Shown: one piece after another, positions 8,667-12,583 of the stretch | Position numbering within the stretch: the first letter of the stretch is position 1 | Layout: every line of letters begins with the position of its first letter | Origin: Calditrichaceae bacterium | Lineage (GTDB): Bacteria; Calditrichota; Calditrichia; Calditrichales; JBFXGD01 | Reading direction: 5' to 3' | Assembly (NCBI GenBank): GCA_050178385.1 | Contig: JBFXGD010000099.1 | Span: forward strand, 1 to 12,583 | Length of the DNA stretch: 12,583 nt | Notes under the pieces: generated by a model | Database searches by the model: none | What the model saw: the letters and a program-made list of their open reading frames with translations, nothing else | Told to the model about the DNA's origin: nothing | Program-made: the position numbers and the translations under genes

Positions 8667-9881
8667 TTATAAAATTGTTTCCTGTTCACCATCATTCGTT
8701 TTTTTTTGTTCCGGGAGCGCTAACTCTGAAATACTGCGGATATTTTCAATTTTTTGCAGAGGGCGCTCAAGCTTTGTTGTTCTTGTTGAGATGAGAGACT
8801 GATACTCCCTCTGAGCATCATCCAGCTTTTTCCCCATTTTATCCATCCCGTTTTTGAAATTATCCCATTGTTTATTGAATTCAGACAATAAAGAAAGGAT
8901 CTGCGCCGCAGTTTTTTCAAGATTAAAATTATCCACCGCCTGACGGATCACTGCCAGTACCGCGTACAGAGTGATCGGGGAACTTAAAATCACCTTGTTT
9001 TTAAGAGCCTCATCCAAAATGGTTCTATCATTTTCGTTAATGAACGCATAGACCTGTTCATTCGGGATAAAAACGATTACATAATCCACCGTGTTATCCG
9101 CGGAATTGATATAATCCTTAGTGGTCACTTCTTTGACCCGCTGCCGGACATCCTTAAGAAACTGAATTTTAAACTGATTTTTATCCTGCTCAGACTCGGC
9201 ATCCAGATAGGACAGGTAATTGTTCAGCGGAAATTTAACATCCATATTGACCTTTAAATTATGCGGCAAAAGAAAGGTAAAATCGGGACGAGTGGTGCCC
9301 TGGCTAATGGATTTTTGCTTCAGATAGTTTATGCCTTCTATAAAGCCGGCCATTCTTAATACATCTTCCGCCATTCGTTCACCCCACTGGCCCCTGGCCT
9401 GGGAATGGGAAAGCGCGGTATTGAGCTGATTTGTGGCCTGCTGCAGACGGAGCGTCTGTTCCTGAGAATTTTTCAGCTGTTGTTCTATGGCGCCAAAACT
9501 TTGCTTCCGTTCTTTTTCAATTTTTTCTATTTGCTCGGTAGCTTTATTCAGATCTTCCTTCATCCGCACCAGAGTCTGATCGATAAGCGCTTTTTTCGAA
9601 TCAAGATTTTGCTGACTGTTTTTAGATTGTTCGCTGAATTTTTCGTTTGCCAGTTTCAGAAATTCACCCGTCGTTTTGCTCAAAGCTTCCATGGATAATG
9701 AACCAAACGCGTCTTTTACGTGACCGATCAGACTTTCAAGCTCACGCGTCTTCTCTTCCTGCGTTCGCCTTAATAGCTCTTCAGTCAGTTTTTGCGTGTG
9801 CTTTTGCTGTCTTTGCATGATTAGCCAGATCAGAACCGCGCCAGCCAGAAATCCTGATCCAAAATATATTAATTCAAACAT
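8667..9881 (-). CDS. rmuC: DNA recombination protein RmuC
   Basis: N-terminal TM helix, long coiled coil, RGQWGE, RPDF, DVKFP, TVDYVIVFIPNE, SPITL motifs. Confidence 0.93.
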   Translation of the reverse strand: MFELIYFGSGFLAGAVLIWLIMQRQQKHTQKLTEELLRRTQEEKTRELESLIGHVKDAFGSLSMEALSKTTGEFLKLANEKFSEQSKNSQQNLDSKKALIDQTLVRMKEDLNKATEQIEKIEKERKQSFGAIEQQLKNSQEQTLRLQQATNQLNTALSHSQARGQWGERMAEDVLRMAGFIEGINYLKQKSISQGTTRPDFTFLLPHNLKVNMDVKFPLNNYLSYLDAESEQDKNQFKIQFLKDVRQRVKEVTTKDYINSADNTVDYVIVFIPNEQVYAFINENDRTILDEALKNKVILSSPITLYAVLAVIRQAVDNFNLEKTAAQILSLLSEFNKQWDNFKNGMDKMGKKLDDAQREYQSLISTRTTKLERPLQKIENIRSISELALPEQKKTNDGEQETIL

Positions 9882-10041
9882 AAAAATCTCCGGATAGAAT
9901 AGATAGACAAGAGATGAAAATAAAAAAAATTTACAAATAAAACACGTGAAAATGAATGCAGATATAACAAACCTTACAAAAATCGCCCGGCCTGATCATT
10001 TTTGGTCTTAAACCGGGGAAAAGTCATAGAATTTATATAAT

Positions 10042-11280
10042 CTATTCAGCATGATCCGGATATCGTTGTTGAATTGAGTGGATCACATCAAGAATTTCAA
10101 AAAACACTTCAACCAATTCCGGATCAAATTGCTTACCGCTCTCCGCTCTGAATACTTCAAGTACCTGTTCTTCATTCCAGGCTTCTTTATATACACGCTT
10201 TGACGACAAGGCATCATAAACATCCGCCAGGGCGACAATCCTGCCAAAAAGCGGAATTTCCTCTCCCCGTTTTCCTCTCACATTTCCTGTAACGTCGCCA
10301 TAACCGGTTAATGGCTCACCGGTTGTAACATCGATAAAGCCTGGATATCCCAAACCGTCCCAGCGTTCGTGGTGATTTAATGCCACCTCAGCCGAAATCT
10401 CATCAAACTCTGATCGCGCGTCTTTGAATAGCCTTGCCCCCAGGATGGTGTGCTGTTTCATTATTTCATATTCATCGTCGGTGAACCGGCCGGGTTTTTT
10501 GAGAATCAGATCAGAAATAGCCACTTTACCGACATCATGAAGCATGGCTGCCATGCGTAAAGAATCTCGTTGACTGTCAACATCATCTTTTAGCATATTT
10601 TTCTTTTTTGCATAGGCTTCAAACAATTCCAGCGAATATGCCGCCACTCTGTTTACATGAGGTCCTGTCTCTTTGGGATCCCTCAGTTCCGCCATACTAA
10701 TCATCCGCATAATCGTTGTCCGTGTAAGCTGAGCCCTTTCAATGGCATTTGCGGCATAGTTTGCAAAATGCTGAATAAGCGGTTCGTCCTCCACATCAAA
10801 TGGTTCAATTTCAGCGGAATCGTTTTTGGCGTTAATTAATTGTAAGACACCAATGATCTGACCTCTTGTGTTCTGAAGAGGTTCTGCCAGCATGGAATGC
10901 GTTTCATACCCGACTTTTTCATCGAAACTCTTATCGAAAGAGAAGGGCAGATTGGATGAAATTTGGTAAACATCAGGAATATTAAGTGTCTCTCCGTTAT
11001 TGGCAACAAATCCGGCGATTGAATTATTGTTGATCGGCATCGAGAAAGTGGTGTAAATTAATTTTTTACCGGCCGGCAACTTTTTTTGCAGCGTATCGTT
11101 CTGCGCATAGCTGAACTTCAGATTCTCATCTTCTTTTATATAAATAGATCCGGCGTCGGCGCATACAAGAGCCCGCGCCTCACTCAGAATTTTCTCCAGC
11201 AATACATCAAGATCACGAATATGGTTAACATCGATACCGATCTGGATCAGTCTGGAGAACTTTTCCTTTCGATTAAGCAT
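10042..11280 (-). CDS. GAF + HD-GYP domain cyclic-dinucleotide phosphodiesterase
   Basis: GAF (SIAGFVA, LNIPDVY, FDEKVGYETHSML, GVLQLIN) followed by ETGPHV.RV, LHDVGK, HHERWDGLGYP, ADVYDAL.SKRVYK, GKQFDP. Confidence 0.93.
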   Translation of the reverse strand: MLNRKEKFSRLIQIGIDVNHIRDLDVLLEKILSEARALVCADAGSIYIKEDENLKFSYAQNDTLQKKLPAGKKLIYTTFSMPINNNSIAGFVANNGETLNIPDVYQISSNLPFSFDKSFDEKVGYETHSMLAEPLQNTRGQIIGVLQLINAKNDSAEIEPFDVEDEPLIQHFANYAANAIERAQLTRTTIMRMISMAELRDPKETGPHVNRVAAYSLELFEAYAKKKNMLKDDVDSQRDSLRMAAMLHDVGKVAISDLILKKPGRFTDDEYEIMKQHTILGARLFKDARSEFDEISAEVALNHHERWDGLGYPGFIDVTTGEPLTGYGDVTGNVRGKRGEEIPLFGRIVALADVYDALSSKRVYKEAWNEEQVLEVFRAESGKQFDPELVEVFFEILDVIHSIQQRYPDHAE

Positions 11281-11493
11281 TTTCGTAAATCCTTTTTCTA
11301 TTAAACAATATTAAGGGCCATGTTTGAATATATAAAATTTGAGCCAGAAATCTAAATTTCTATTTATATAATTTTATAAAAGTGATATCCTTTCTACAAT
11401 GATCCATATCATGATCAGAGACACAATTTAACTCACCTGCCGAATAATTAAAAAATATTTTTAATATAACTCATATAAAATGACTTTGTGATG

Positions 11494-11522
11494 TTGACAG
11501 AGTAAAAAATCTTCTTTATATT
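11494..11522 (+). promoter_or_regulatory. Sigma70-type promoter for tRNA-Asp
   Basis: TTGACA (11494-11499), 17-nt spacer, TATATT (11517-11522), ~50 nt upstream of the tRNA. Confidence 0.8.
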
Positions 11523-11543
11523 TATGACTCAGTTAAAATGAAC

Positions 11544-11555
11544 GTTCTTTAAAAA
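11544..11555 (+). promoter_or_regulatory. boxA-like antitermination element in the tRNA leader
   Basis: GTTCTTTAAAAA resembles the boxA consensus and lies between the promoter and the tRNA. Confidence 0.5.
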
Positions 11556-11574
11556 TGTTTCAGAATAAATTTTT

Positions 11575-11648
11575 GGTCCGGTAGTTCAATTGGTTAGAGC
11601 ACCTGCCTGTCACGCAGGAAGTTGCGAGTTCGAGTCTCGTCCGGACCG
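11575..11648 (+). tRNA. tRNA-Asp (GTC), CCA not encoded
   Basis: Cloverleaf: acceptor GGTCCGG/CCGGACC, D arm GTTC/GAGC, anticodon stem CCTGC/GCAGG with loop CTGTCAC (GTC 11609-11611), T arm GCGAG-TTCGAGT-CTCGT, discriminator G followed by CTT. Confidence 0.97.
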
Positions 11649-11656
11649 CTTTAACG

Positions 11657-11684
11657 AGGGGAATCTTATGATTTCCCTTTTTTT
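11657..11684 (+). terminator. Intrinsic terminator after tRNA-Asp (copy 1 of 3)
   Basis: AGGGGAATC-TTAT-GATTTCCCT stem-loop ending in a 7-T run. Confidence 0.8.
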
Positions 11685-11710
11685 GTTTAGATTTGATTCC
11701 CATTAAATCT

Positions 11711-11804
11711 CTGTCGCGCAGGAAGTTGTCCCGATGTATCGGGAAGTCTCGTCCGGACCGCTTTAACGAGGGGAATCTTATGATTTCCCTTTTTTTTTGT
11801 TTAG
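11711..11804 (+). repeat. tRNA-Asp 3'-half copy A with palindrome-substituted T-arm, plus terminator copy
   Basis: 11711-11728 = tRNA 11607-11624 (one A>G); 11729-11744 TCCCGATGTATCGGGA replaces CGAGTTCG; 11745-11804 = 11633-11690 (T-run 9 vs 7). Confidence 0.95.
11769..11798 (+). terminator. Intrinsic terminator copy 2
   Basis: Same stem-loop as 11657-11684, with a 9-T run. Confidence 0.75.
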
Positions 11805-11855
11805 GACCCTTTCAATTCCATCATACTGATCTTCTGATTAAAATGTTTTTACTAT

Positions 11856-12110
11856 ATGAACAATCTCATTTGGTACGTCTATATTCTATATTCAGAATCC
11901 ATTAACCGCTACTATGTTGGATCGACTAGCAACCTTGTATGGCGATTAGAACGTCATAATTTAGGATGGGGAAAATATACAAAAAATGGAATTCCCTGGA
12001 TTCTTGTTTACTCTGAACAATTCGAAACAAAATCACTTGCTTCGAAAAGAGAAAGAGAAATCAAAAGAAAAAAATCCAGAATTTATATTGAATCTTTACT
12101 TGAAAAATAG
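11856..12110 (+). CDS. Stand-alone GIY-YIG nuclease (UPF0213-like, 84 aa)
   Basis: YVYIL...YYVGST (GIY-YIG strands), RLERHN (catalytic Arg/His), KYTK...PW.LVYSE, A..RE.EIK (metal-binding Glu). No obvious RBS. Confidence 0.92.
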   Translation: MNNLIWYVYILYSESINRYYVGSTSNLVWRLERHNLGWGKYTKNGIPWILVYSEQFETKSLASKREREIKRKKSRIYIESLLEK

Positions 12111-12217
12111 ACGCAGGAAGTTGTCCCGATGTATCGGGAAGTCTCGTCCGGACCGCTTTAACGAGGGGAATCTTATGATTTCCCTTTTTTTGTTTAGATT
12201 TGATTCCCATTAAATCT
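12111..12217 (+). repeat. tRNA-Asp 3'-half copy B with palindrome-substituted T-arm, terminator and trailer hairpin
   Basis: 12111-12123 = tRNA 11612-11624; palindrome at 12124-12139; 12140-12217 identical to 11633-11710. Begins on the base after the GIY-YIG stop codon. Confidence 0.95.
12164..12191 (+). terminator. Intrinsic terminator copy 3
   Basis: Identical to 11657-11684. Confidence 0.75.
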
Positions 12218-12243
12218 CTGTCGCGCAGGAAGTTGTCCCGATG
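12218..12243 (+). repeat. Truncated tRNA-Asp 3'-half copy C
   Basis: Identical to 11711-11736 (including the A>G variant); ends after TCCCGATG, halfway through the palindrome. Confidence 0.9.
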
Positions 12244-12583
12244 ATCCACGAGCTAAAGCTCGTGGCAATAATACGAATCGGTACCGTCCAGGAAGCACTC
12301 ACCGGAAATTCATAGCCCCGATCTTTAGATCGGGGACAATTGAGTAAGCGCGCGAATCCAAGACTCAGCCAACTCCGGTAATTCCCCAATACCCCACGAA
12401 CTAAAACTCGTGGCAATAATACGAATCGGTACCGTCCAGGAAGCATTCACCGGAATTTCATAGCCCCGATCTTTAGATCGGGGACAATTGATTAACCCCG
12501 CGAATCCAAGACTCAGCCAAATCCGTTATTTCCCCGATGATCCACGAGCTAAAGCTCGTGGCAATAATACGAATCGGTACCGT
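12237..12583. repeat. 148-bp tandem array of paired REP-like hairpins (BIME/REPIN-like), ~2.3 units, open at the window end
   Basis: Hairpin CCACGAGCT-AA-AGCTCGTGG at 12246, 12394 (variant) and 12542; hairpin CCCCGATCT-TT-AGATCGGGG at 12316 and 12464. Linkers are near-identical and the period is exactly 148. Confidence 0.92.

Noticed and set aside
10270..10345. ~20-aa insertion after GYP in the HD-GYP domain
   Set aside because: In frame and most simply a loop variant; no intein or mobile-element hallmarks.
517..11304. Short antisense or alternative-frame ORFs (e.g. 517-708, 1665-1931, 1810-2220, 4796-5191, 5790-6134, 8401-8637, 9405-9698, 11086-11304)
   Set aside because: All are shadows of well-supported genes and lack motifs.
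11711..12243. Additional functional tRNA genes, or a classical integrase attR
   Set aside because: The copies lack the 5' acceptor strand and D arm and have a disrupted T-arm. There is no integrase in the window, and the repeats include the terminator and enclose only ~0.3 kb.
11693..12446. ORFs 11693-11905, 11986-12213, 12061-12249 and 12210-12446
   Set aside because: They are translations of non-coding repeats or alternative frames of the GIY-YIG gene, with no recognisable motifs.
11607..12583. CRISPR array interpretation of the terminal repeats
   Set aside because: Intervening sequences are near-identical rather than unique spacers, unit lengths (>100 bp) do not fit, and no cas genes are present.

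Overview
AT-rich bacterial chromosomal window. Bases 445-11280 hold mostly ordinary genes: BCP peroxiredoxin, 2Fe-2S ferredoxin, small cytochrome c, DUF309, a helical-repeat hypothetical, alpha/beta hydrolase, YtnP-like MBL hydrolase, Rieske ferredoxin, an amino-DNA methyltransferase facing a PD-(D/E)XK-like ORF, a class I SAM methyltransferase, RmuC and a GAF/HD-GYP phosphodiesterase. The unusual part is the last ~1.1 kb. An intact tRNA-Asp(GTC) with a sigma70-type promoter is followed by three copies of its own 3' half. Two are complete and carry the tRNA terminator; in these the 8 nt CGAGTTCG of the T-arm are replaced by a 16-bp palindrome (TCCCGAT-GT-ATCGGGA). These two copies bracket a stand-alone 84-aa GIY-YIG nuclease gene. 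The third copy breaks off mid-palindrome, at a 7-bp microhomology, into a second repeat family: a 148-bp tandem array of paired REP-like hairpins running off the window end. This GIY-YIG / pseudo-tRNA / palindrome cassette is the best candidate for an undescribed minimal tRNA-targeting mobile system. Other points of interest are an internally duplicated DNA methyltransferase with a degenerate N-terminal copy and tandem operator-like dyads at 122-177. All assignments were made by eye from motifs; no searches were run.
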